A stretch of DNA of 40,000 nt from Peptostreptococcus sp. D1 (GCF_900112955.1 NZ_FONP01000002.1:192582-232581), one strand, 5' to 3'; positions 26,188 through 35,428 are shown, numbered from the stretch's first letter. A program made the numbers and translations. Notes: generated by a model not told the origin, from the letters alone.

Positions 26188-26519
26188 TATACTCTCTCCT
26201 TCAGCGTTACCGGAATCTCTAAATGTGACGCCCACTTAAAAGGTATACCTGCCACACAATCATATACACGACCTAAATGAGTTATAACAAGTTTATCACC
26301 CTCTATAACATCTTCTTCAGGTCGTGTATACACTGTATAATCAATAACTATTTCATTATCGTGATATCCTGTGGTCGCCTTATCTAGTTCACAAAGCACA
26401 TTAGATTTAATAGTTTGTGGCTTCATTGTAGTTAAGTGTGAATCATCTTCTATTTCCATGTGTCTAATTATATCCATTCTATCATGGTAGGTACTTGCCA
26501 ATATGTCTGATTCTCTCAC
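26187..26519 (-). CDS. Head closure / head-tail adaptor protein
   Basis: 110 aa, GTG start 6 nt after GGAGGT, positioned between the connector and the gp10-like gene. Confidence 0.65.
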   Translation of the reverse strand: MRESDILASTYHDRMDIIRHMEIEDDSHLTTMKPQTIKSNVLCELDKATTGYHDNEIVIDYTVYTRPEEDVIEGDKLVITHLGRVYDCVAGIPFKWASHLEIPVTLKERV

Positions 26520-26891
26520 TTAGTTACCTCCATTCATTCTGATAGTTCCGACTTTCTTAAACCTTATTAAATGCGTTTTATATTTACTTATCAAATCATC
26601 CACACTTGTTATTTTAGTGTTAGTACTAACATTATATTCTATTTTCGTATTCCCTCTAGTTATGGATTTAATCCCACCTGTATTTTGAGTATCTTGACCA
26701 CTAGAAGATAGTGATTTATTATACTCAGCCAGCATCTCCACAATAACAAGTTCTAATTCGGTTGGTATATCTTCCCTATTACAATAGTTTTTTATCTTTT
26801 GAATTAGGATATCGAGAACGAGAGATATAGTTATCTCGTTCTCGATAGTTCCTACTAATATCTTGAGTTTTTCAATTATTCTCTCGTTCAT
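26520..26891 (-). CDS. gp6-like head-tail connector protein
   Basis: 123 aa. N-terminal IEKLKILVGTIENE...LDILIQKIKNYCN pattern, located right after the capsid gene. Confidence 0.65.
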   Translation of the reverse strand: MNERIIEKLKILVGTIENEITISLVLDILIQKIKNYCNREDIPTELELVIVEMLAEYNKSLSSSGQDTQNTGGIKSITRGNTKIEYNVSTNTKITSVDDLISKYKTHLIRFKKVGTIRMNGGN

Positions 26892-26902
26892 CTAAATCAC
26901 CC

Positions 26903-27748
26903 CTAAACAGCTTTTATCTGACAAGTAAAATTAACCAATGCCTTTGGTTCAATAACTTTTGTACCATAAACAAATAACCCTTTTACCGCATCAGCAAAAG
27001 TTTTTTCTGGTCTGTATGGCTCTATCTTTGTTATCTGACCTGCATAGCTAATTGCTTGGTCTGTTCCAGCCATTATTGAATACTTCTTAGTTGATACAGG
27101 CACGTTATTAGACATTCTAAGGTTAAACCCTGCTACATCAGCACCATCCACTACACCATTTTCTAGCACTTTGAAATCCTTAGTGAATCTTGGGTCTTTT
27201 GATAACATCCCTAAATACCAAGCTGGTATAATGGCAAATCTGCCGGCTCTTGTTACATTATTTTCATCTAGTTTAACAGCCAAATCAACTAACTGATCAT
27301 AAGCGTTCGCTACTTCAATATCAACAGGTGCTGACGAAGTACCAACTTTTATTCCTGCATCTTTTACAAAACTCGCTATATGTTGATCTATTACATCACC
27401 AATCGCATATGATGCTCTATCCATAGCTTTATCAACTAACTTAATATTCGCTTGAGCTGCGTCGATATCGTCAACTTTAAAGTTAAAATATTTCGCTTGG
27501 TCTATAACTAGTTCCTGTTGAGTTGAAGTTATTTCTTCTGGGTCTGCAAGCTTCTTTGCTGCACCATCACCAGTTAAATAATCTTTTATTGAGATAGGTC
27601 CAATCTGATTAATTTTAACCTTATCACCCAAATTTTTGATTTCCCCTTCGTAGTCATGATTTACCACATTAGCATACACTAATTTTTTATCTAAGTTTGC
27701 AAGTAGCCTAGCACTCCACAGTGTAGGTATAAAATTCTTTACTGTCAT
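26903..27748 (-). CDS. Major capsid protein
   Basis: 281 aa. FIPTLWSARLLANLDKKLVYANVVNHDYEGEIKNLGDKVKI matches the coat-protein N-terminus I recall. It follows the scaffold gene. Confidence 0.8.
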   Translation of the reverse strand: MTVKNFIPTLWSARLLANLDKKLVYANVVNHDYEGEIKNLGDKVKINQIGPISIKDYLTGDGAAKKLADPEEITSTQQELVIDQAKYFNFKVDDIDAAQANIKLVDKAMDRASYAIGDVIDQHIASFVKDAGIKVGTSSAPVDIEVANAYDQLVDLAVKLDENNVTRAGRFAIIPAWYLGMLSKDPRFTKDFKVLENGVVDGADVAGFNLRMSNNVPVSTKKYSIMAGTDQAISYAGQITKIEPYRPEKTFADAVKGLFVYGTKVIEPKALVNFTCQIKAV

Positions 27749-27769
27749 ATTAATTCACCATTACCTTTC

Positions 27770-28399
27770 TTATAACTTCATGCCTTTGATTGAATCCCAA
27801 TTTGCATTGATTTCATCAATAGACATACCCTTTAGCTTATCCACAGATATCGTAGTATTCTTGTCAGTAGTCTTGGGTGTTTTTCCTTTTAACCTCTCAG
27901 TAACAGCCTTTTCTACTGCACTATCAAACTTTTCTTTAAACAGCTTGATATTTTCATTTGTAGATTCAGCATTTTCACCCATTAAAAAAGAACTAAATTC
28001 AACATCAAGCCCTTGTTTACCAAGTTCTTTTACTGTCTCTAGTTCCAATTGGTCTCTCTGAAATTTTGCCCTCTCTGATTCAAACTTTTCCTTTTCTTTC
28101 TCAAACTGTGCCTTTGCTCTTTCATCTGCTGTCATCTTAGCAAGCTTCTCAGCTTCTGACTTTTCCTTTTCTAGTTTCTCCTGGTACTCTTTTTCCCATT
28201 TAGCTCTAGACGATTCCATCGCCTGTGTAACCCTTTTATCAGATTCAGATTGAATTAATTTCTGTAGTTCCTCATCTGTGTAAGTTTTACTCTCTGGCTT
28301 GTTTTCTTCTGGTGGATTCTCACCACCATTACCAGCTCCTGTATCTTCTGCCAGTAGCTGTAAATTCATTCTTAATAGTCCCTGTAAGTTATTTTTCAT
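27770..28399 (-). CDS. Capsid scaffolding protein
   Basis: 209 aa with an MNLQLLAE motif near the N-terminus, E/K-rich and coiled-coil. The start may instead be the internal ATG at 28369. Confidence 0.75.
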   Translation of the reverse strand: MKNNLQGLLRMNLQLLAEDTGAGNGGENPPEENKPESKTYTDEELQKLIQSESDKRVTQAMESSRAKWEKEYQEKLEKEKSEAEKLAKMTADERAKAQFEKEKEKFESERAKFQRDQLELETVKELGKQGLDVEFSSFLMGENAESTNENIKLFKEKFDSAVEKAVTERLKGKTPKTTDKNTTISVDKLKGMSIDEINANWDSIKGMKL

Positions 28400-28465
28400 C
28401 CCTTATAGTTACTCCTTTCATTGTAATAAAATAAGACCTTTTAACGTCGTGTCTAGGACGATTGT

Positions 28466-28504
28466 ATTAAAAAAAGCACCTCAACATTTACTGTTAAAGT
28501 GCTT
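28466..28504 (-). terminator. Strong Rho-independent terminator inside the head module
   Basis: 13-bp stem including two G-U pairs (28474-28504), loop GUAAA, then a U-run on the minus strand. It overlaps the YjcQ-like stop. Confidence 0.7.
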
Positions 28505-28814
28505 ATATAAATGGTGTGATGTCTTTAACATCTTTCAAACCATTCTTAATCTTTTGCATTGTAGAATTTTCTTGTAAAAACTCCATACCCTTGATTGTTA
28601 ATCTAGGCTCTATTGCTTTAAATCCATATCCACCGCAATAATTAACTCTTGCAAAGCCATCAATTAAATCATCATCAATCATTGACTGAAGTATTTTATT
28701 GCGTCTTTCTTCGCTTATTTTTAATGCTTCTAGAAATGTTCCATCAAATATATTGCTATCCATAGATTCTTCAATTCCTACAAGAATTTTATAAACTATT
28801 TTGAGATTGTCCAC
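28503..28814 (-). CDS. YjcQ-family protein
   Basis: 103 aa. KIVYKILVGIEESMD...ILQSMIDDDLIDGF matches the YjcQ pattern from memory. GTG start after GAGGTG. Confidence 0.65.
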   Translation of the reverse strand: MDNLKIVYKILVGIEESMDSNIFDGTFLEALKISEERRNKILQSMIDDDLIDGFARVNYCGGYGFKAIEPRLTIKGMEFLQENSTMQKIKNGLKDVKDITPFI

Positions 28815-28978
28815 TATATCACCTCTTCAATATCATCTAGTTTTACATCTATATCTTCCCAAGTATATTCATCATTACCAACAGTAACTAAAAAGACTTC
28901 ATAATCTCCATATATCTCCATTACGTCACCTTCTCTACCGTCTTTTAATCTAACTCTATCATACTGTTTTATTTTCAT
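28814..28978 (-). CDS. Small 54-aa protein (DUF4926-like), candidate partner of the MuF C-terminal domain
   Basis: My own translation: MKIKQYDRVRLKDGREGDVMEIYGDYEVFLVTVGNDEYTWEDIDVKLDDIEEVI. GAGGTGA lies 6 nt upstream of the ATG at 28978. Confidence 0.6.
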   Translation of the reverse strand: MKIKQYDRVRLKDGREGDVMEIYGDYEVFLVTVGNDEYTWEDIDVKLDDIEEVI

Positions 28979-28979
28979 A

Positions 28980-30542
28980 TTACTTCACCTCTTCAATTAT
29001 CACAGTAGTTAAGTGTGTTTTATCCTTATCTACACCCCAACCTACTTTTACATTAGTTGGTATCCCGTCTTTATTGTACATGATAATTTTTTGTTCATAC
29101 CTAGTTACATGACCATTGCTACCTTTATTTACAACTGGATTTTCTTTAGCCTTTTTAAGTATATCTTTTTCGAACTCTTTATAATTATCTATGTTGTAGC
29201 CCAGCCTTTTTTCAATTAACTTTCCTTTATTCAAGCCACTTACGTTGTTGCCACCAAATAGATATTTTTCAAATTTATTTTTGTCAATTGTTGCGGTGTC
29301 AACGTTAGGCAACTTCAGTTCAGGATTATTTTTAAGCTTCATTCTCCTAGTGTAATCAACACTTCTTAACCTTCTATCTCTTTCACTTTCATTATACTTT
29401 AAATCTTGGTAATTATCAAAACTTTTAGGAACTTGTACGCCTACATTTTTATACATTTCAAACTGTTTTTTATCACTATGTCTGTTCTTCCACTTCTTTT
29501 CTTCAATCAAATATTCAGGATTACTTTCAACATACTTCTTATACCACTCTTTATAATTTAAAGACTTATCTACCTTTACCTCATTACCATCTTTATCCCT
29601 TGCTGTTCTAGTTCCTTCTAACTTTCCTGTATATGGTGCTGTTGCACTTCGGCATCTGGGGTGCATTGGTGGATAGTTAACACCTGCTTGAGCTTCAGAT
29701 ACTAGATATATTTCGTGGTCTAATTCCCTACAAGTATCAGATGTTCTAAAGTCAAGAGTAGCTATATAAATGTATTTTTGAACATTCATAGCTTCGTATG
29801 CTTTTTTAGTTCCGAGTCCACTGAAATATGCTTGTTCAGTGTGAATTAGTGTGGCTGCTGCTTTTTTACTAACATCTATTTTTTTAGTGATCTTATCTAT
29901 TGCATCCTCAGTGTCTACACCTTGAATAGCTGACTGTATTATTATTTCCTCCAAAGTATCCTTTAACAAAGTTCTGTTTTTCCATATCCTCTCACTAAAA
30001 TTTTTGCCACTCCAGGGTTTAGCAAACTCTTTTAATATTTCAGCTTTAGATAATACATTTAGATTTTTAACAGTCACTTCACTGGCCACACTAACATCAA
30101 ATAAAGTTTTAAAATAATTTGATTTAGTAGATTCATATAATAATCCCTCTACTTTTTCATCAGTAAATTTAAAAACACCATCTATATGCTTTTGTATCTC
30201 AAAGAATGATTGTTCAAGTCGTGAAATTCGGCTTCTAGCTGACAGCGTATTGAGTTCTAACAGAATATTAGGGTTATCTATCATTTCCATATATTCAGCA
30301 AGCTCTCGTTTGAATTTAGTGTATTCTTTACCAGTTAAAAGTTTTATAGCTAAATCATAATCTATCTCATTATTTTCAGAAAACCTATAAAATATCATTG
30401 CTATTTCTTTTTCTATCTTTTTCAAACAATTCTCAAATTGCTCATTAACCAACCTAATTACTTCATCAGAATCCCTCAAATCTTCGAGTTGCCTTTCTTT
30501 AGCTCTTTTAATCCAGTAGTCCGATATTTTAACTTTCGGCAT
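28980..30542 (-). CDS. MuF/SPP1-gp7-like head morphogenesis protein with a C-terminal extension of about 120 aa
   Basis: 520 aa. MuF hallmark YPPMHPRCRSAT. Extra C-terminal domain KFEKYLFGGNNVSGLNKGKLIEKRLGY...TRYEQKIIMYNKDGIPTNVKVGW. Confidence 0.85.
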   Translation of the reverse strand: MPKVKISDYWIKRAKERQLEDLRDSDEVIRLVNEQFENCLKKIEKEIAMIFYRFSENNEIDYDLAIKLLTGKEYTKFKRELAEYMEMIDNPNILLELNTLSARSRISRLEQSFFEIQKHIDGVFKFTDEKVEGLLYESTKSNYFKTLFDVSVASEVTVKNLNVLSKAEILKEFAKPWSGKNFSERIWKNRTLLKDTLEEIIIQSAIQGVDTEDAIDKITKKIDVSKKAAATLIHTEQAYFSGLGTKKAYEAMNVQKYIYIATLDFRTSDTCRELDHEIYLVSEAQAGVNYPPMHPRCRSATAPYTGKLEGTRTARDKDGNEVKVDKSLNYKEWYKKYVESNPEYLIEEKKWKNRHSDKKQFEMYKNVGVQVPKSFDNYQDLKYNESERDRRLRSVDYTRRMKLKNNPELKLPNVDTATIDKNKFEKYLFGGNNVSGLNKGKLIEKRLGYNIDNYKEFEKDILKKAKENPVVNKGSNGHVTRYEQKIIMYNKDGIPTNVKVGWGVDKDKTHLTTVIIEEVK

Positions 30543-31836
30543 TTACATCAACCCCTATATTGTAAGGTTCTTCAACTGTCAAATCCTCTTCCTTTTTCTT
30601 TTTCTCAATCTCTTCAACGGCATTTTCAACAAATGGCAACTGATTAATTAATGTCTCATTGCTGAGATAAGGAGATAAATTTTTGATTGTTTGAGACAGT
30701 TCATATACATTTTGTGGCAGCGTATTTGAAAACTTAATCTGAATATCAGTGAATAAATCTATATCTTTTTCAAGGCTAAGGGTATTACAAATAAGCTCTA
30801 TTCGTCTTTGTAGACCTTTTTTAAACTTACGTTCTTTATTCGACCTTATCTGTTCCATTGCAAGGATTTTATATCTTATAGATACACCACTAAGATTATT
30901 ACCAAAGCTTTCATCTTGCATATCTGGAGTGTATGAAAATTTATGTATGTCTCGCCTTAATCTATCCTTGTAGTTCTCAACCCAGCTATCATTTACATCT
31001 TTAATTAGCCATTTAGCATCTCCCTCACTATCAAGTAATAAAACCCTTTCTTTTCTTAATTCATCAATATCATCTGAATTTGTACCATTCATATTTACCA
31101 AAACTAAAAACGCATCGGTAAACTGATCCATATCGTTTAATGTGTTTGACTGTGATTTATTATATGCATCTATCAAGTGTATCGCCTGTTCAAAATCTCC
31201 CTGCTCTTCTTTGTTGTTAACATACTCTACAACTGGAACATCATTAAATGTATGCTCAGCTACATCTTCAAGTTTTAAATCGGTATCTTTCCCTTTATAA
31301 ATCCAACAGGCATCTTTATCATAAACTTCAACGAATGTGACTTTATCATTACCATCACCCACATCATAATACCTAATTGCAAATTTAATACTTGGGGATA
31401 TTGTCATATCATATATTACAAACATATTTGATGGGTCAATCTCATTAAATCTTATCTTGGCATTTTCATCACGATATAATAATTCATATGCTTTTCCTTT
31501 GATGCTACAAATTTTGGCAAGCTCTAAATTTTCTTCCTGTTCATCTGAATAATCAAATATACCCTGTAATTCATCAATTAACTTATTATTTCCTTTGCTT
31601 GAATAACTTATCGGTTGGCCTACAAAATAACCTACAAGCATATCAGTAATGTACTTAGGATATGGATTAACTATCTTATTATTAGGCAAACCATCATCAC
31701 GTTTGACATTTAAAATATCGTGCTTACCCTCGTAATAATTTTGTAGCTTGAGATATCTAGCACATTCAACTTTATGCTTTTTAATAAACTTTTGTATATC
31801 GTCTATACTCAATTCGTCTTTATCTGTTCTAAACAA
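30529..31836 (-). CDS. Portal protein (SPP1 gp6-like)
   Basis: 435 aa, directly downstream of terL. TTG start 5 nt after GGAGGTG. Confidence 0.85.
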   Translation of the reverse strand: MFRTDKDELSIDDIQKFIKKHKVECARYLKLQNYYEGKHDILNVKRDDGLPNNKIVNPYPKYITDMLVGYFVGQPISYSSKGNNKLIDELQGIFDYSDEQEENLELAKICSIKGKAYELLYRDENAKIRFNEIDPSNMFVIYDMTISPSIKFAIRYYDVGDGNDKVTFVEVYDKDACWIYKGKDTDLKLEDVAEHTFNDVPVVEYVNNKEEQGDFEQAIHLIDAYNKSQSNTLNDMDQFTDAFLVLVNMNGTNSDDIDELRKERVLLLDSEGDAKWLIKDVNDSWVENYKDRLRRDIHKFSYTPDMQDESFGNNLSGVSIRYKILAMEQIRSNKERKFKKGLQRRIELICNTLSLEKDIDLFTDIQIKFSNTLPQNVYELSQTIKNLSPYLSNETLINQLPFVENAVEEIEKKKKEEDLTVEEPYNIGVDVNAES

Positions 31837-31848
31837 TGTAACACCTCC

Positions 31849-33264
31849 TTACAATCCTAACTTAGATTTATTCATAGTCTTGAACTTCTTATTATTTTTA
31901 ACTATTGATTCTGCAATACCTGTTAGGCAGTCTGCACAGTCATCGTGTTTATTCTTTCCTTCTCGCTGATATTTAATTACATCTTTTGCAAACTCAGGCC
32001 ATTTATTCCTCCAAGTAGATGGAACGTAAATATGTTGATTTACCCATGAACTGTTTGACAATATCCTAGCTTTCTTATTTTCTGATTGATGAAACCACTT
32101 AACAACTGTTTTATTAGTTGCTAGTTTATCTCTCATGATTCTTTCAACATTTCTTGCGTAACTTCTACCACCATTATTCGATTCAATAAAAGATACATTA
32201 ATATTATCTCTTGCCATCATTTCAGCTTGTTTCACTTCTGTAGTTTCCATTGACTCTTTTGTGTATAAAACATCTATAATATATGCTTCATCATCAAAAG
32301 TTATTCCAAAATCAATGCTACATAAATAATCATCTCCAGTGTCAGCTGTATCCGTATAATTACATCGATATTTAAACTCTGGCAATTTGTCATATGTCTT
32401 GAGATTGTATAATTGACCTTTTAAATCTATTGGCTCCTGCTGGTAGTTTGCACTAGCTATATCTTCCCCCATTGCCTTAGTTTTTAGTTCATAGGTTTTT
32501 TTTGAAAGTATTTCATTACAAAGCATTGTTCCATCATCCTGCATGGCTTTCATGTTAATGTGTTTTATATTAAACCCTAAATCAGGCAGTTCAGCTAATG
32601 CCTTACCTGCTAAATCATCACTAGCCCATCTTGTCATTATAATTATGATTTTTCCATTTTCCTCAAGCCTAGATAACATCGTATTGGTAAACCAATCCCA
32701 ATGTTTTTCTTTTACAGACTCATTATAGGCTTCCTCAGCGTTTTTAATGAGGTCATCAATAATTAATATGCTTGCACCAAACCCAGTGGCTGTACCGGTT
32801 GGTGATGTTGCCAGATAATTATTATATCCACCTTCAAGCGACCACAAATTCATGGATCCATCGCCCTTTTTTATTCGTCTATCCGGAAATATATCTGAAT
32901 ACACAACTTTAGTACTATCAGCCTTTTCTTCCTGTATTGAATTTCTGACATTCTTAGAAAATACAGTAGACAATGTTTCGTTGTATGACCCTGTCATTAT
33001 TTTCTCCTCTGGGTGCTCCCCAAGTATCCACTCGACAAAACAGCCAGCTGTTCTAGACTTACCATGTCTAGGCGGCTCATTGATTATCAAAACATCATAA
33101 TCATTTTGCTCATAAAAGTCTTGTAGTTCATTGCAGAGGTCAACTAGGAATTTTCTATTCGGTTTATAGAAATCCGGAGCTTTAAGATTACAATAAAAAA
33201 AGAACTCACGTCTTGCAAGTTCTATCTTTGCCCTTTGTCTTATTAAGTGCTTATCCATCATCAA
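31849..33264 (-). CDS. terL: Terminase large subunit
   Basis: 471 aa. Walker-A-like NEPPRHGKS, then IIDDL. It overlaps the terS stop. Confidence 0.9.
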   Translation of the reverse strand: MMMDKHLIRQRAKIELARREFFFYCNLKAPDFYKPNRKFLVDLCNELQDFYEQNDYDVLIINEPPRHGKSRTAGCFVEWILGEHPEEKIMTGSYNETLSTVFSKNVRNSIQEEKADSTKVVYSDIFPDRRIKKGDGSMNLWSLEGGYNNYLATSPTGTATGFGASILIIDDLIKNAEEAYNESVKEKHWDWFTNTMLSRLEENGKIIIIMTRWASDDLAGKALAELPDLGFNIKHINMKAMQDDGTMLCNEILSKKTYELKTKAMGEDIASANYQQEPIDLKGQLYNLKTYDKLPEFKYRCNYTDTADTGDDYLCSIDFGITFDDEAYIIDVLYTKESMETTEVKQAEMMARDNINVSFIESNNGGRSYARNVERIMRDKLATNKTVVKWFHQSENKKARILSNSSWVNQHIYVPSTWRNKWPEFAKDVIKYQREGKNKHDDCADCLTGIAESIVKNNKKFKTMNKSKLGL

Positions 33265-33721
33265 TACCAGCTATTTTTAATAGCTCTTCCTTAGTCATTT
33301 CTTTGAATTGGTCATTTTGATTCATATCCACTTTAGCCTCTAAGTCTTTTCTATCTCTCCAAATATCAGGTCTTCTATTCTTCAACCAGAAAATCTGAGC
33401 TGTAGTATCTGGCTGCACCTCTTTCACAACTTCTTTAGTAATAACCATCTTTGTTCCAACTAGTTCTCTTGTTGTTTCAGTATAACTATATCCTAATGCC
33501 CTTTTTAGTAAAGCATTCTCAACTTGCCTATCAACAACTTCTTTTCCCTTTTTTAGGGCCTCCGAAATCTCCGAATACTTCTTTTTCCAGTCATAAAGAG
33601 TAGATGTTCTAACCCCCATATTCTTTGCAATTTGTTCGTCTGTTAGACCATCTCTTGCCCAACCTTCAAGCTTTAGCAAGCCTTCAGGCTCTAGCCATTC
33701 TTGATATTTACCTTTAGCCAT
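33251..33721 (-). CDS. terS: Terminase small subunit (HTH type)
   Basis: HTH: LTDEQIAKNMGVRTSTLYDWKKKY. AAGGTGGTGA lies upstream of the ATG at 33721. It overlaps terL. Confidence 0.8.
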   Translation of the reverse strand: MAKGKYQEWLEPEGLLKLEGWARDGLTDEQIAKNMGVRTSTLYDWKKKYSEISEALKKGKEVVDRQVENALLKRALGYSYTETTRELVGTKMVITKEVVKEVQPDTTAQIFWLKNRRPDIWRDRKDLEAKVDMNQNDQFKEMTKEELLKIAGIDDG

Positions 33722-33778
33722 CAGACTCACCACCTTTCTCAACTTTTGCACGTTTTAATCAATCTTTTTATTTGCACG

Positions 33779-33807
33779 AAAAAAGGACCTCTCTGGGTCC
33801 TTTTTTT
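33779..33807 (-). terminator. Hairpin terminator closing the two-gene moron (A/T runs on both sides, so bidirectional)
   Basis: AAAAAGGACC-tctct-GGGTCCTTTTTTT, 31 nt after the stop of 33838..34347. Confidence 0.75.
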
Positions 33808-33837
33808 CTTATAAGTTATTAGTCATCATTACTATAT

Positions 33838-34347
33838 CTAATGTAATTTTTCTATATCATCCTTCATATTTTCCAACTCGTCTTTAGTGAACGGACACCT
33901 ATCATCATACACAATCTTTATTATACTCTTTATTTTACTTGATGACTTAATAAATAGGCTGACTCCTACTATGGTTAATACTATAAGTACATAGGTCGCA
34001 ATTTTAAAAATCACAATATTTTTTAGAATGCCTAAAATCAATATCAAATATAGCGCCGAGGAAAGAGAGATTGATACTACTGAAAATTTAAAGTTAATAG
34101 ATACTAACCTTTCTCTTTCGGCAATTATTCCGCTCCCTCTTAATTCTTGAATTATACTTTCAGATGTAACACTCAGTATTTTACTTTCATTATTCGTACT
34201 AAACCCACATAATATTGAATTGATAGTTATAAAAAAAAGAAATATATTACCAAAATCATTAATCCTCACTATTGTATTTTTAATGAAAAGAAAGCACATA
34301 CATACCAACACAATTAGCACAATTAGATACTTAAATATTTTTTTCAT
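33838..34347 (-). CDS. Four-TM membrane protein (hypothetical; candidate effector of the moron pair)
   Basis: GGGGGGAGGG lies 6 nt before the ATG at 34347. Hydrophobic helices: IFKYLIVLIVLVCMCFLFI, FGNIFLFFITINSILCGF, VVSISLSSALYLILILGIL, IATYVLIVLTIVGVSLFI. Confidence 0.8.
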   Translation of the reverse strand: MKKIFKYLIVLIVLVCMCFLFIKNTIVRINDFGNIFLFFITINSILCGFSTNNESKILSVTSESIIQELRGSGIIAERERLVSINFKFSVVSISLSSALYLILILGILKNIVIFKIATYVLIVLTIVGVSLFIKSSSKIKSIIKIVYDDRCPFTKDELENMKDDIEKLH

Positions 34348-34376
34348 TTTCAGCCCTCCCCCCATCAAAGAGAATA

Positions 34377-35327
34377 CTATTTTTTCATTTTACTAAATAT
34401 TTCCTTCTTTTCATTGTATGCTGTTTTCAAAGCTGATAGATATTCTGTTTTTAATTCTTCCAAATCATGAGAATGTTTCCTTCCATTCTCATATCTGTAT
34501 AGTTTTACATCAATCGTGTATTTATAATACAAGGACATTAAATCATATTCTTGTTTCTTTTCATTTTTAGTGCTACCTTTTATTTTAGCTTTGTTTAGTT
34601 TTTTGGCTTTTACACCTTCCTTAAGAGAATCTATTGCATTCCTTACAACATCTTTATTATCTAATATAAATTTATCTCTATCAGCTTTTAAATATATACC
34701 CACCTTATTTTTATTCTCTTGCATTTGAAGTAGCGTCTTATCATCTAAATTTAATATATGCTTCAAGAAAGAGCTATCTATATCAGCAGATTCAAACTCT
34801 ATAGATTTTATTTTTGAATAGTCATTTTTATAAAACGCATTTAACCCATATTCATTAGGTATTGGAAATGAAGATACTACTCCTTCACCCTCAAAAATAT
34901 TCACTATATCATTAAAACTAAAATGTTTCGCCCCTCCTTTAGTATTCGTAATGCATAAAATGTTACTTGAATACACAAAATAAAAATAATTAACTAACTG
35001 AATTCCTCTCTTTATCTCCTCTTCTGCCGTCAAAACATCCTCAAGTGAACCACTTTCATAATCTCTTTTACCTATTGTTCCAGCTTTGCTCGGTCTGCCT
35101 AACCTTCCAAAGAAAAAAGTTTTATTGTGTTCCAAAACATCAAGAACAATTCTTTTTTCATCATCTTCTTCGTTCTTATCGTACAAGTTTATGCTGATAT
35201 ACTCACTCTTTGATTTACCATGTTTCTTTCCATGTTTCTCTATAATGTTTTTATGTTTTAAATAAAGACTTTCTTTTTCATTTTCTCTAATTTTAACATC
35301 ATAAAAATACACCGTCTTAACCGCCAT
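34377..35327 (-). CDS. 316-aa soluble lysine-rich protein of unknown function (candidate sensor of the moron pair)
   Basis: Clean ORF with an AGGGGGA SD. No Walker, nuclease, TIR, SIR2 or HTH motif is recognisable by eye. Confidence 0.8.
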   Translation of the reverse strand: MAVKTVYFYDVKIRENEKESLYLKHKNIIEKHGKKHGKSKSEYISINLYDKNEEDDEKRIVLDVLEHNKTFFFGRLGRPSKAGTIGKRDYESGSLEDVLTAEEEIKRGIQLVNYFYFVYSSNILCITNTKGGAKHFSFNDIVNIFEGEGVVSSFPIPNEYGLNAFYKNDYSKIKSIEFESADIDSSFLKHILNLDDKTLLQMQENKNKVGIYLKADRDKFILDNKDVVRNAIDSLKEGVKAKKLNKAKIKGSTKNEKKQEYDLMSLYYKYTIDVKLYRYENGRKHSHDLEELKTEYLSALKTAYNEKKEIFSKMKK

Positions 35328-35364
35328 TAACTATTTTCCCCCTAATATAATCATTCTTACCCTA

Positions 35365-35407
35365 ACTATACCAGAGGAAAATATTTTCCACAATATATTA
35401 TTGTCAA
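35365..35407 (-). promoter_or_regulatory. Candidate sigma-A promoter for the moron pair
   Basis: On the minus strand: TTGTGG (35393-35388), 17 nt ending in TGG, then TATAGT (35370-35365), i.e. an extended -10. An additional TTGACA sits at 35407-35402. Confidence 0.5.
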
Positions 35408-35428
35408 ATTTTCTAGAAAAATTCAACG

